DNA from: Phycisphaerales bacterium
GTDB taxonomy: Bacteria; Planctomycetota; Phycisphaerae; Sedimentisphaerales; Anaerobacaceae
Assembly (NCBI GenBank): GCA_003170415.1
Contig: PMZJ01000041.1
Coordinates: 22,520 to 86,519, forward strand
DNA length: 64,000 nucleotides
Direction of reading: 5' to 3'
A model generated the notes under the pieces. It searched no databases, had not been told where the DNA came from, and worked only from the letters and a program-made list of their open reading frames with translations. This document shows positions 49,147 through 59,109 of the stretch, piece after piece. The translations under genes were made by a program, and so were the position numbers. Within the stretch, counting starts at the first letter, position 1. The number at the start of each line of letters is the position of its first letter.

Positions 49147-50214
49147 TTATGATTGTTCTGTTGTTTGGCCGTCCAGTGCCCCTGGCTCGTCGGCGGTCTG
49201 TTTTGCCCTGTCTTTAGGAGGCAACTCCGCAATGGGTATGGGCAGGGGCGATTCCGTTTGCATCTCCTCGACCGGTTGCTCGATTGTTGAATTGTCCGCC
49301 GACGGTATTTCCACTATCGGTATAGGCAATTGCGATTCCTGCTCTGTTTCAGTTGTTTCATCAATAGCGAAATCCGGTTCTGCGGGCAATTCCTCAGCCG
49401 GGGCGGGCGTCGGCTGCTGTTCCCGTACGGCCTCTGCGGCTTCGATTCTCATTATCGCTGTTCGCACCGCCTCTTCCGCGGGCACATCGGTCGTCGCACG
49501 CAGGGATATCTTGCCTGTTTCCTGGTTTTGTTCCGCCCAGATTAACTGCGACCTGATAAGCTCTAAAATAGCCAGGAACAGTCCTACAAGCACCAGCCGG
49601 CTACTTCGCGGCTCAAAAATACGCTCGAAGTTCATCGGCCCTTCCTTTTGCAGCCGATGCAAAATCTCTATCTGATACAGGTCAATCGGCGTGTCATCGA
49701 TTATGTGACGAATATCATATTTGGCACCCGTCGCCTCCATAATCGCGTCGAAGGCCTCAAGCAGGTTCCATACGCTGACCTGGTCGAGGTCAATCGCCGG
49801 CTCCGCGTTCGGCTTGAACTGCTCGATGACCGTATCCGGTCTGGCAAACCGGTCGCCCTGTTCCTCAGCCGACGCCGCCAGCATATTCGCTGCGTCTTTG
49901 AACCTCTTATATTCCAGAAGCTGCCTGATAAGCTCGGCACGCGGGTCTGACAAATCGTCCGCCCCAATTTCCTCTCCCTGCGTTTTTGGCAGAAGCATCG
50001 CCGATTTTATCTGCATCAGCGTCGCCGCCATTACCAGAAAATCTCCCGCTACGTCGATATCGAGCTGTTTGAGTATGTCGATATAACGAATGTACTGGTC
50101 GGTGATTTTCGCAAGGGGTATGTCGTAGATATCAACCTCTTCCTTGCGGACAAGGTACAAAAGCAGGTCCATCGGCCCCGCGAATATCTCAAGATTTACC
50201 CGATAATCAGCCAC
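49147..50214 (-). CDS. scpA: Segregation/condensation protein A (kleisin) with an acidic C-terminal tail
   Basis: FAGPMDLLLYLV, DIYDIP, FLVMAATLMQIKS, LLEYKRFK, FLAILEL. Confidence 0.92.
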   Translation of the reverse strand: MADYRVNLEIFAGPMDLLLYLVRKEEVDIYDIPLAKITDQYIRYIDILKQLDIDVAGDFLVMAATLMQIKSAMLLPKTQGEEIGADDLSDPRAELIRQLLEYKRFKDAANMLAASAEEQGDRFARPDTVIEQFKPNAEPAIDLDQVSVWNLLEAFDAIMEATGAKYDIRHIIDDTPIDLYQIEILHRLQKEGPMNFERIFEPRSSRLVLVGLFLAILELIRSQLIWAEQNQETGKISLRATTDVPAEEAVRTAIMRIEAAEAVREQQPTPAPAEELPAEPDFAIDETTETEQESQLPIPIVEIPSADNSTIEQPVEEMQTESPLPIPIAELPPKDRAKQTADEPGALDGQTTEQS

Positions 50215-50520
50215 TTACAACTCCTCCTCTTTTGGGTCATAGGGTTCATCCGCCTCGTCCGTTTCATCCCTTATTTCATACTCTTCCGGCTCGTGACCTT
50301 GTTGCTGCTCCTCAAGTATCTGTTTGGCCTCATCCGCGTTGCTTTCGAAGACCTGCAGTTTAGCGGTCAAAACGGTCGGCAGCAAACAGGTATTGGCGGC
50401 ATTCTCGCCTATCACCACTGCTTTAATGTCAAAGTCCTCGAGGACTTGTTTTGCCATCTCGGCCTGCATCGAATCCATATACTCAGCTATCGTAACAAGT
50501 TTATCTGCCATAGTACTCAC
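50215..50520 (-). CDS. DUF2007-like small protein
   Basis: LVTIAEY....AEMAK..LE...I...V pattern. Confidence 0.6.
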   Translation of the reverse strand: MSTMADKLVTIAEYMDSMQAEMAKQVLEDFDIKAVVIGENAANTCLLPTVLTAKLQVFESNADEAKQILEEQQQGHEPEEYEIRDETDEADEPYDPKEEEL

Positions 50521-51478
50521 CCAGTCCTACTGCTTTTCGTGCTTCAATCAGCGTTTTTACCGCGACGGCCCTTGCCCTCTGAGCGCCTTTTGCCAAAATC
50601 TGTTTGAGGTAATCCGGGTTACTCTCAAGCTCGGTTCGCTTCTGGCGGTAAGGCCTGAAGTATTCTACGATAAGCTCCGCCAGACGTTTCTTTGCTTCGC
50701 CGTATCCTGTTCCGCCTTTACGGTATTTGTCTTCCCATTGTTTGATTTCTTCGGCAGACGCGAAAAGTTTCAATAGCGCAAAAACGTTGCACTTGTCCGG
50801 ATTCTTGGGTGCCTCAACCGGCGTCGAGTCGGTAACAATCTTCATTACCTTGTTTTTGATACTCTTTTCCGGCTCGAACATCTCTATCGTGTTGCCGTAG
50901 CTTTTGCTCATCTTGCGGCCATCGATACCCGGCACTACCGCTACCGATTCGATAATGTGGTCTTTGGGCAGCACGAAAATCTCGCCGTATGTATTGTTGA
51001 AATACCCCGCGATATCCCGTGTTACTTCAATATGTTGCTTCTGGTCAGCCCCCACGGGCACAACATCGCTCTTATATATAAGGATGTCCGCCGCCTGCAA
51101 AACCGGATACGCGAACAGCCCGTGATTGGGGCTGATACCCTGGGCCACCTTGTCTTTGTAGCTGGTGCATCGCTGCAAAAGGCCCATCGGCGTAATACAG
51201 GACAGTAGCCACGTAAGTTCCGTAACCTCCGGCACGTCCGACTGACGCCAAAAAATCGTCTTTTCGGTATCAAGACCCAGCGCTATGTAGTCCATTGCGA
51301 CGCTGAGGGTGAATTCGGCAACGTCTTTCGGCGATGGATTGCTCGTCAGGGCGTGATAGTCGGCGATGAAGAAAAAGCAGTCGTTGCCCTGCTGCATCTG
51401 TATATGCTGGCGCATCGCCCCGAAATAGTTGCCTATATGCAGCCGACCCGACGGCTGAATGCCCGAAAATACTCTCAA
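50501..51478 (-). CDS. trpS: Tryptophan--tRNA ligase
   Basis: SGIQPSG.LHIGN, YPVLQAADI, VPVGADQ, KMSKS; TTG start after AAGGAG. Confidence 0.96.
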   Translation of the reverse strand: MRVFSGIQPSGRLHIGNYFGAMRQHIQMQQGNDCFFFIADYHALTSNPSPKDVAEFTLSVAMDYIALGLDTEKTIFWRQSDVPEVTELTWLLSCITPMGLLQRCTSYKDKVAQGISPNHGLFAYPVLQAADILIYKSDVVPVGADQKQHIEVTRDIAGYFNNTYGEIFVLPKDHIIESVAVVPGIDGRKMSKSYGNTIEMFEPEKSIKNKVMKIVTDSTPVEAPKNPDKCNVFALLKLFASAEEIKQWEDKYRKGGTGYGEAKKRLAELIVEYFRPYRQKRTELESNPDYLKQILAKGAQRARAVAVKTLIEARKAVGLGEYYGR

Positions 51479-51710
51479 AACAAATCTCCTTACAAAGAAA
51501 AGCACAGAACTACCACAGAATTGAAGGTAACTTTCCTCTGTCCCAAAGTCAAGCGTTTTGCACGTGTTGCCGGACGCGAGGGCCGGCCAAATTCCGCGTT
51601 CTGACTGTTAAAAACGAACAATGTGCGGGAAACCATTCGTCCTATAAAATTGTGCTCAAGAAGAATAATCTGTCAAGTCGAAGGTAATATTGGTATATTG
51701 TTGTTTATAT

Positions 51711-51870
51711 TTTGGCGGATGGGTGGTCAGGATGGTCCGAACAGGCCTATCCAACCCATCGGATTGTTGTAGTCATGCCCGGTTTCAACGGGCCCGTCTC
51801 GAGGGTCTCGTTCCGACTCGGTTGAGTCGTGAAGGGCACGTCGATTGCTTTGCGTAAGTATTTCGCCGAG
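51711..51870 (+). ncRNA. Candidate structured 5' leader or ncRNA of unknown family
   Basis: Multiple nested stems (see findings); TGgTATATT extended -10 just upstream. Confidence 0.4.
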
Positions 51871-51916
51871 GAGTCAGCGTATATGACGAATTATTTTTTG
51901 GAGCGGGAATAGGTTT

Positions 51917-52852
51917 ATGAAAAAGCGACCGGCAATAACGTCACGCGACCTCGGCCTGGAATTTGCGGCGCTCTGCGGCAAACATTTCATCGGGCTTGAG
52001 CATCTGCATTACGGCTACTGGCCCGAAGGTCTGCCGGTGAATGTAAGCAACCTGCACATCGCGCAGGAGAACTACACGAACTTTCTGGTTTCGCACATTC
52101 CATCCGGCGTTCGCACGATTCTGGACGTCGGCTGCGGTAGCGGGCATACGTCAAAACGACTCGTTGATATGGGCTATAAGGTCGCCTGTGTCTCGCCAAG
52201 TCCGGTGCTGAGCGGACGGGTGCGGGAACTGATGGGCAACGCCTGCCATGTATTCGAGTGCAAGTACGAAGATTTACAGACCGAAGACAGGTACGATTTA
52301 GTGCTGTTCAGCGAGAGTTTTCAGTACATCAAGATGCAAAAGGCAATGGCCAAAACGTTTGAAATTCTCAACCCGGCCGGCTATATGCTCATCTGCGATA
52401 TCTTCAGAAAAGACGTTGAGGCAACACCCGATGCCAAAAGCGTCGGCGGCGGCCATCTGTTGAGCAGGTTCTATAAACACATCACAAGCCAGCCATTAGA
52501 GCTGGTCGAAGATATTGACATAACCGACCACACAACTCCCAATCTCGACCTGATGGATGATGCGATGAAAAATGTCGTCCGTCCGGTTATCGATTCGTCG
52601 CTGAATTTCTTGGCAGGGAGGTATCCGCTTATGAGCAAGGTTATTCGCTGGTTGTACAGAAAGCGAATCAACAAAGTTTACCAGAGGCATTTCAACGGGA
52701 ACCGGGCCGGCGAGGACTTCGTCAAATTCAAATCTTATCGACTGTTCCTCTATAGAAGCACTTGTGCCGTTCCCGCGGAAGATTCGGCTGCGGTCGCGCC
52801 GTGTGTGGGCGGTCAAATGACCAGCTCGGTTGCTCTGCCGACGGGTCTGTGA
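51917..52852 (+). CDS. Class I SAM-dependent methyltransferase
   Basis: HLHYGYW, LDVGCGSG, YDLVLFSES, LNPAG. Confidence 0.9.
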   Translation: MKKRPAITSRDLGLEFAALCGKHFIGLEHLHYGYWPEGLPVNVSNLHIAQENYTNFLVSHIPSGVRTILDVGCGSGHTSKRLVDMGYKVACVSPSPVLSGRVRELMGNACHVFECKYEDLQTEDRYDLVLFSESFQYIKMQKAMAKTFEILNPAGYMLICDIFRKDVEATPDAKSVGGGHLLSRFYKHITSQPLELVEDIDITDHTTPNLDLMDDAMKNVVRPVIDSSLNFLAGRYPLMSKVIRWLYRKRINKVYQRHFNGNRAGEDFVKFKSYRLFLYRSTCAVPAEDSAAVAPCVGGQMTSSVALPTGL

Positions 52853-52963
52853 CGCCTGAGTTTCGGTCTGTGCCGGCCAATGTGTCCTGCATTGTGCGTC
52901 TTTCATCTTCTATCCCTATTCGCTATACGTTATCTGTTAATCAAAAATTTTTTATTTTAATGA

Positions 52964-52992
52964 TTGACTTTTCCGATTGTAAATTATAGAGT
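52964..52992 (+). promoter_or_regulatory. Sigma70-like promoter
   Basis: TTGACT-N17-TAGAGT in an AT-rich gap. Confidence 0.45.
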
Positions 52993-53113
52993 GCCGCTAT
53001 CTGGGGGTTTTGCCGCTTGTGCGTATGATAAGTTGACAATTTGTAAATCGAGAGTAAGTTCCGGCGGAACCGGAGAAAATCATATTGGAAACTTTTACTG
53101 ACGGGGCACTAAA

Positions 53114-53419
53114 ATCGCAAAGAGACCATACATACAGGGACCGTACTCGAAAGCGGATATTGCGCTTTTGAAAAAGGGGTATCCGGCCACAAGCGCGGTG
53201 GTGCTGGCGGGCAAGCTCAAACGTTCGCTTGTTTCGGTGCAGAAACAACTCCGCGAGATGCACATCGGCAGAAGAAAAGAATCCGGTTGGACGGCCCCCC
53301 AGCTGGGGTTTCTGCGAAGAAACTACAAGGAAACCGCGACATGGGAAATCGCCAATCGGCTGAATAAAACGCCTTCCGACGTGAAGCACAAAGCCGCCGA
53401 ACTGAAGCTCAAAAAGTAA
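53114..53419 (+). CDS. Small basic protein with two Myb/HTH-like repeats; probable ATC start (ORF track starts at TTG 53168)
   Basis: Repeats YSKADIALLKKGY...LAGKLKRSLVSVQKQ and WTAPQLGFLRRNY...IANRLNKTPSDVKHK. Confidence 0.65.
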   Translation: MAKRPYIQGPYSKADIALLKKGYPATSAVVLAGKLKRSLVSVQKQLREMHIGRRKESGWTAPQLGFLRRNYKETATWEIANRLNKTPSDVKHKAAELKLKK

Positions 53420-53461
53420 AGGGTCTTCAACAGCATCTGCTTGGACGACGGACGATTGTTT

Positions 53462-53749
53462 ATGATAGTCGGCGTGATGACAGCCAATCTGCACCTTCAG
53501 GGTATCGGCTCGCTCAAAGAAAAACGCAGCATTGTCAAAAGCGTAATTGGACGATTGCAAAGCCGATTCAATGTCTCTATTTCCGAAGTTGACCACAACG
53601 ACAGCAAAATCATCGCCACTATCGGCGTCGCCGTCGTCGGCAACGACAAATCCTTTGTCGAGAGCCAGCTCGAAACCGTCGCCAATTTTATGCGTAACGA
53701 CGGCCGGTTCTATCTGGGCACAATCGAACGCGAAATATTCGGCGTGTAA
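53462..53749 (+). CDS. DUF503 (YlxP-like) protein
   Basis: MIVGV...SLKEKRSIVKS...RFNVSISEVD. Confidence 0.88.
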   Translation: MIVGVMTANLHLQGIGSLKEKRSIVKSVIGRLQSRFNVSISEVDHNDSKIIATIGVAVVGNDKSFVESQLETVANFMRNDGRFYLGTIEREIFGV

Positions 53750-53809
53750 TTCATTGCACGTCCTTTAGCTTCTTGTGCCTCCAGCGATAAAAATATCCCG
53801 AAAAAGACC

Positions 53810-53848
53810 AAACCGTAGCAAAACGGTAACAATCATTCCTTATAAAAT
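53810..53848 (+). promoter_or_regulatory. OmpR/PhoB-type tandem direct-repeat box plus a -10 element
   Basis: aaaccgtagca/aaacggtaaca with 11-nt period at the -35 position, then TAAAAT. Confidence 0.5.
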
Positions 53849-53902
53849 ACAGGTGCCAAAGAGGTGTTTTTTTGATAACTTATTTCTTGAAAGGAATGAC
53901 TT

Positions 53903-56900
53903 ATGAGGATTTTAGGTGATATCACAATCGTTCTGACGCTGGCGTTGATATCTGCGTTTTGCAGTCAGGCCACGGCCGCCCCGGCAAGTGAACTATTGCA
54001 AAAGGGGCTTTACGCCGAAGAGGTTGAAGGCAACATTGATTCGGCTATTAAAACTTACGGGGAGGTAATAAAGAAAACGGATGCCCCGCGCAACCACGTA
54101 GCCCAGGCCCTTTACCGGCAGGGTATGTGTTACCTGAGAATAAAAGACGAGCAGGCGGCAAAAACAGCGTTTGAAAAGCTGGTCAACGAATACGCCGACC
54201 AGACCGAGATGGTACAGAAAGCGCAATTAGCGATGGATGATTTGATGGATTTTGACCCGGCCGCTTTAATGCCTCCCGGTACACTTATTTATGTGGAGCT
54301 TGGCAGCCCCGGTAAACAGGTTGAGACAATCCTCAATATGCTCAAGGGCACGCCCTACGAGAACCCGCTTGCCGCCATAGGAAATCAGAATACAGCCAAC
54401 CCCAACCAGAAATCGGCCGGGGATATTGTCGGCGCGCTGCTCAACCCCAGTATGATGGCCGAATTCAAAAAAATTCGCGGCTCTGCAATCGGGATAACCG
54501 GCGTCGCGAAGGGTAATCAGCCTATGATTGCGGTGCTTTATCCCGGCAAGAGCGACGCCCTGCGAGGCCTGATTATGGCGGGATTAAATATGGCGGGAAC
54601 GCCTGGTGAACCGATTGAGGGTATGCAGACCATCAATATTCAAAATGCTGCCACCGCGGCGTACGATGATAAGGTGATTATAGTTGCTACTTTGCCCGAC
54701 CAGCTCAAGTGGGTCATCAGGCAATATAAGGGGCTTACCAATGAGCCGACGCTCGCTTCGAGCAACGCTTCATTCGCAAAAATAAATAAAAAAACGAGAC
54801 ACGACAATCTCCTGACCGCCTGGGTGAACGTCGATGAGACCTATACGAAGGTGCTGCAATTATTTCCCGCTGGCCAAATACCAAAACAGATTTTTCTGGT
54901 CGATGCCATCGTTGACTTCAATCACATTGATTACATAACTATGACTAATTCGATTGAGCAGGACGGCTTTGCTGACACGACCGAAATCGTATTCAAAGAT
55001 GGTCATCACTGTTTGGCATACGATTTGATTCGGACTCCCAATATAAACAAGGCGGCGCTTTCGGCGGTCCCTCCCAACGCCGTTGCCATCGCGACTTTTG
55101 CCCTGTCGGCCGACAATGAAAACCAGGCAGGCGCTGTACGCGCGCAGATTAAAAATATCAGCGGTCTTGATATCGGCAGAGAGATTTTTGCCAACATCGA
55201 GCAGGTTACTGTCTTTGCTGTGCCCGCCAAAACCCCAAGCGCGTTTTTCCCGGCATCCATTGGACTGGCGATTACAAGTCACAATCCTCAGCAGACGCGC
55301 CAGATTCTCGCAAAGACCATCGGCACCGCCGACGCAGTGTTCACCGGCCGGCCCGTGGCTGACGCTAATTCATTCGGCGGCAAATACCAGATTGGCTCGG
55401 TTCAAAATAACCCGTTGTATTGCTATGTCGAACAGGCGGGCAAGGTTACTGTTCTTTCACTGAATCCCGATATCACGCAGGCCTCGGTCACGGCGATTAA
55501 AGACCACAATAGCGTCTGTAACGCCGGGCCGCTTAGCGATGCTGTCGCCAAAATGCCCGCCAGCGCAAGTAAGATGATTTTGCTTAACGCCGGCGGCACC
55601 ATTCGTCTTGCTGCACCGGCGATAATCGAATACATAGGAAAAGAAAACCGTGATACGCTTCAAAATAATTTCGAACAACTCGCGCTGGCCTGCGACAAAT
55701 CAACCATTGAGCTTCGCACCGATGAGCAGCTCAACAGCTTCACCTTCAACAGGAAACTAACGGGATTGCCTCCGCTGAATCAGCTCTTTGGCCCGATTAC
55801 TCAAATTGCCCAGACCATAAAACAAACCAAGACCGAAGCCGTTGCTGAAACGGCTCGAAGGCAGGCGGGCATCGCCATAAAGCAAGCGCCTGTCGCGCCG
55901 GTCATTGATGGTGTCGCGGATGCCGCTTGGTCGGCTGCCGACAAAATAAAACTGACTAATGTGATTTATAAGCCGGTTTCCTCGCCGAACGACCTTTCGG
56001 CTGATTTCAAAACGATGTGGGACCAGAACAATCTTTATCTGTTCGTTGATGTTACCGATGATGTGCTCAAGAATGATGCCGTTAATCCATGGGAGAATGA
56101 TGCTGTCGAGGTTTATATCGACGCTACTAACAGTAAAGCCGCTTCATACGGCCCGACCGATTATCAATATATTTTTATGTGGGATAAGACGTCGCCAAAA
56201 ATCTATGAAACCAAACACCAGCGAATCGAAGGTGTCCAGTATGCAATGGTGACTACGGATACCGGTTATCGACTGGAAATCAAGTTCCCTTGGTCAACAT
56301 TCGGCACAAAACCTCACGTAGGCGCAAAGATTGGCCTGGATGTTCACGTCGGCGATAACGACTCCGGCGGAAAACGCGATAGAAAATTAACCTGGCACGA
56401 TACGCAGGAAAAAGCATGGGAGAACCCGCAGTTCTTTGGAAATGCCGAGTTAGGCGGACTCCTCGGCTGGTGGAAGCTCGACGAAAAAGGCGGCAATACC
56501 GCCGCCGACAGTTCCGGTAACGGCAACGACGGCACACTGATTGGCAGCCCCGTCTGGCGGCCCCAGGCAGGCAAAATCGGCGGAGCGCTCGAATTTAGCG
56601 GCAAGGGTGATTACGTCAAAATTGCCAACGAATCCGCATTCAACATTACCAGCCAGATAACAGTCGCCGCGTGGGTTAATATAATATCTGTCCCACAGGA
56701 GTGGACCGGCATTGTCACCAAGGGTGACACCGCCTGGCGGTTTTCTACGAGTTTTGCTAACAACGTGTTTCATTTCGGCACTGCCCGCGAGGACTATATT
56801 AACGGTAACGCCACTGTCGGTTCGGGCCAGTGGCATCACGTTGCCTGCGTTTATGATGGCTCAAAGATGAGCATTTATGTTGACGGCAAGTTAGATGTTT

Positions 56901-57064
56901 CGCGGCCGCAGTCAGGCCCCATCGCGACCAATAACTTCCCCGTTTGCATCGGCGAAAATATCGAGCTGACGGGGCGATATTTCAACGGTCTCATTGACGA
57001 TGTCCGCATTTATAGTTACGCGCTTTCGGAGAATGAAATTGCGGCTATCGCCGCCGGTAAATAA
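53903..57064 (+). CDS. Secreted multidomain protein: TPR + large central domain + CBM9-like + LamG
   Basis: Signal peptide; TPR AQALYRQGMCY; APVIDG..D.AW, MWDQNNLYLFVDVTDD (CBM9-like); WKLDE..G..A.DSSGNGN, WHHVACVYDG, FNGLIDDVRIY (LamG). Confidence 0.82.
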   Translation: MRILGDITIVLTLALISAFCSQATAAPASELLQKGLYAEEVEGNIDSAIKTYGEVIKKTDAPRNHVAQALYRQGMCYLRIKDEQAAKTAFEKLVNEYADQTEMVQKAQLAMDDLMDFDPAALMPPGTLIYVELGSPGKQVETILNMLKGTPYENPLAAIGNQNTANPNQKSAGDIVGALLNPSMMAEFKKIRGSAIGITGVAKGNQPMIAVLYPGKSDALRGLIMAGLNMAGTPGEPIEGMQTINIQNAATAAYDDKVIIVATLPDQLKWVIRQYKGLTNEPTLASSNASFAKINKKTRHDNLLTAWVNVDETYTKVLQLFPAGQIPKQIFLVDAIVDFNHIDYITMTNSIEQDGFADTTEIVFKDGHHCLAYDLIRTPNINKAALSAVPPNAVAIATFALSADNENQAGAVRAQIKNISGLDIGREIFANIEQVTVFAVPAKTPSAFFPASIGLAITSHNPQQTRQILAKTIGTADAVFTGRPVADANSFGGKYQIGSVQNNPLYCYVEQAGKVTVLSLNPDITQASVTAIKDHNSVCNAGPLSDAVAKMPASASKMILLNAGGTIRLAAPAIIEYIGKENRDTLQNNFEQLALACDKSTIELRTDEQLNSFTFNRKLTGLPPLNQLFGPITQIAQTIKQTKTEAVAETARRQAGIAIKQAPVAPVIDGVADAAWSAADKIKLTNVIYKPVSSPNDLSADFKTMWDQNNLYLFVDVTDDVLKNDAVNPWENDAVEVYIDATNSKAASYGPTDYQYIFMWDKTSPKIYETKHQRIEGVQYAMVTTDTGYRLEIKFPWSTFGTKPHVGAKIGLDVHVGDNDSGGKRDRKLTWHDTQEKAWENPQFFGNAELGGLLGWWKLDEKGGNTAADSSGNGNDGTLIGSPVWRPQAGKIGGALEFSGKGDYVKIANESAFNITSQITVAAWVNIISVPQEWTGIVTKGDTAWRFSTSFANNVFHFGTAREDYINGNATVGSGQWHHVACVYDGSKMSIYVDGKLDVSRPQSGPIATNNFPVCIGENIELTGRYFNGLIDDVRIYSYALSENEIAAIAAGK

Positions 57065-57075
57065 AGGGGCACGAT

Positions 57076-59109
57076 TTGAAATTCGGCTCAGGCCTTATCA
57101 CCGGGCGTAATCAATTACAGTGGGTCGTACTGCTGGCGGTAGCGGTAGTGCTGCCCACTGTAAGTTTGCTTTGGTTTATGAGCAGGGCGGTTTCTAACGA
57201 ACGGTTAGTCATAAGGGAGAAATTAGCCGCCCTTTACCAGGATAAACTCGCACAGGCCGGCCAAAAGGCCGCCGAGACCTGCGCCGCTAATATAAGCATC
57301 CTCGATAAAACAGGACAGAACGCAAATCCATATTCGCTTTTCAAGCAACTTGTGCTTGAGCAGAATTTCGAAGGCGTGGTTGCCTTTGACTCGAAGTCAG
57401 CGGTTGTATATCCGGTGCCGGGTGACATAATTGCAGACACGGCTCAGCAGGATAATGACTTAGCAGCCGCCCGCCAGCTTGAATTCACCAACAGGCAATA
57501 CGCCGATGCCGCGGAAAGTTACGGCAGGTTTGCAGCCGATAAGGACCCCCACATTGCGATTACGGCCATTGTGGGTAAAAGCCGGTGTTTATATAAGCTC
57601 GGCCGGCTTGACGAGGCGATAGAAGAATGCCAAAAAGCAGCTTTTACGCCTTTGGCTAAAAATGCGGATACCGCGTTGTTTGTCGCTGTTCAAAACGCCC
57701 GATTGTTTCTTCTGGATTTGCTCAGGAATGCTAACTTGCAATCAAGGACTGAGCTTGGGCAGCGAACAGTCAACGAATTGATTGCCGACCTCTATAATGT
57801 CCCGGCAATACCGTCGAACAGAAACCTGTTTATCACGAAAAAGGTTCTGCAGGCCATAACAGATATGCCGTCGTTCGAAGACAAAGCGATGCTCGCAAAG
57901 GTCAAGCAGCTTTCAAGATTGGTTGCCGCCGAAGAGCTTTCCATTTCCGTTGCTGAAAACACATCGCTTATCCGAACGCTGCCCGACAGACCATCGGATA
58001 CTTTCTTTCGAATTGGCGCCGGCTACGGTTTTTATCACAGGACTCAATCAACGACTCTGCTGGTTTTATTTTCCGATAATGCAATCGCATTGGCTCTTGC
58101 CGGTTATGAAGACACATTCAAGGATTCTGATTCGGCTTATCGCATAATAGATGCTTCGGGCGATTTTGTCGCAGGTCTGGCAAAGCCGACGGGCAGGCCT
58201 TTCGCAACCGCTCCTCTGGCTGATTGTTTTCCGGGCTGGAAAGTGGAATTATATTTCAAAGGAAGCGAAATTTTTGATAAGGCAGCCGACAGGCAAATCG
58301 CTATTTATATCTGGACCGGCGCGCTTGTGATATTGCTTATTCTTGTCGTTGGCGCCTTTGCCGCCCGCGCTATAGGCAGACAAATCCGCCTCAACAAAAT
58401 GAAAAACGACTTTATCGCAACCGTCTCTCATGAGCTGAAGACGCCGCTGTCCTCGATGCGGGTACTCGTCGATACCCTGCTTGAAGGCAATATTAAAGAC
58501 GAGACGCAGACCGAGGAATACCTGCGAATGACAGCCAGGGAAAACGAACGGCTCAGCCGGATGATTGATAATTTCCTGACCTTCTCGCGGATGGAGCGAA
58601 ACAAAAAGGCCTTCGCGATTGTCCCGGCAAGCCCCGCTGCGATTGCAAACGACGCGGCAGAAGCGGTCAGGACAAAATATGCGGCGCATAATTGCCAGTT
58701 TGCGATTGATATCGCGGAGAATCTGCCCGAAATATCAGCCGACTACGACGCGATGGTTACTGTCCTTGTCAACCTTTTGGACAATGCCTGCAAATACACC
58801 GGCGACCAGAAGCAAATCACGCTGAAGGTCTTCGCTGAAAAGGATAGTGTCTGCTTTGCGGTTTCGGATAATGGCATCGGTCTTGCCCACAGGCATATTC
58901 GTAAAATTTTCGACAGCTTCTATCAGGTCGATAACTCGCTTGCGAGGAAAGCCGAAGGTTGCGGACTGGGCCTGAGTATTGTTAAATTTATTGTCGATGC
59001 CCATAAAGGCAAAATATCTGTCGATAGCAAACCCGGCAAAGGAAGCACTTTCACGGTCGGGTTGCCAATTGGACGAAATAATAAAAATGGAAACAGTGCT
59101 CATAATTGA
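57076..59109 (+). CDS. Membrane sensor histidine kinase
   Basis: Two TMs, VSHELKTPL, NLLDNACKY, DNGIG, GCGLGL. Confidence 0.93.
   Translation: MKFGSGLITGRNQLQWVVLLAVAVVLPTVSLLWFMSRAVSNERLVIREKLAALYQDKLAQAGQKAAETCAANISILDKTGQNANPYSLFKQLVLEQNFEGVVAFDSKSAVVYPVPGDIIADTAQQDNDLAAARQLEFTNRQYADAAESYGRFAADKDPHIAITAIVGKSRCLYKLGRLDEAIEECQKAAFTPLAKNADTALFVAVQNARLFLLDLLRNANLQSRTELGQRTVNELIADLYNVPAIPSNRNLFITKKVLQAITDMPSFEDKAMLAKVKQLSRLVAAEELSISVAENTSLIRTLPDRPSDTFFRIGAGYGFYHRTQSTTLLVLFSDNAIALALAGYEDTFKDSDSAYRIIDASGDFVAGLAKPTGRPFATAPLADCFPGWKVELYFKGSEIFDKAADRQIAIYIWTGALVILLILVVGAFAARAIGRQIRLNKMKNDFIATVSHELKTPLSSMRVLVDTLLEGNIKDETQTEEYLRMTARENERLSRMIDNFLTFSRMERNKKAFAIVPASPAAIANDAAEAVRTKYAAHNCQFAIDIAENLPEISADYDAMVTVLVNLLDNACKYTGDQKQITLKVFAEKDSVCFAVSDNGIGLAHRHIRKIFDSFYQVDNSLARKAEGCGLGLSIVKFIVDAHKGKISVDSKPGKGSTFTVGLPIGRNNKNGNSAHN

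Noticed and set aside
51480..51900. T-box leader for trpS
   Set aside because: No T-box consensus on the minus strand; the structure seen favours the plus strand
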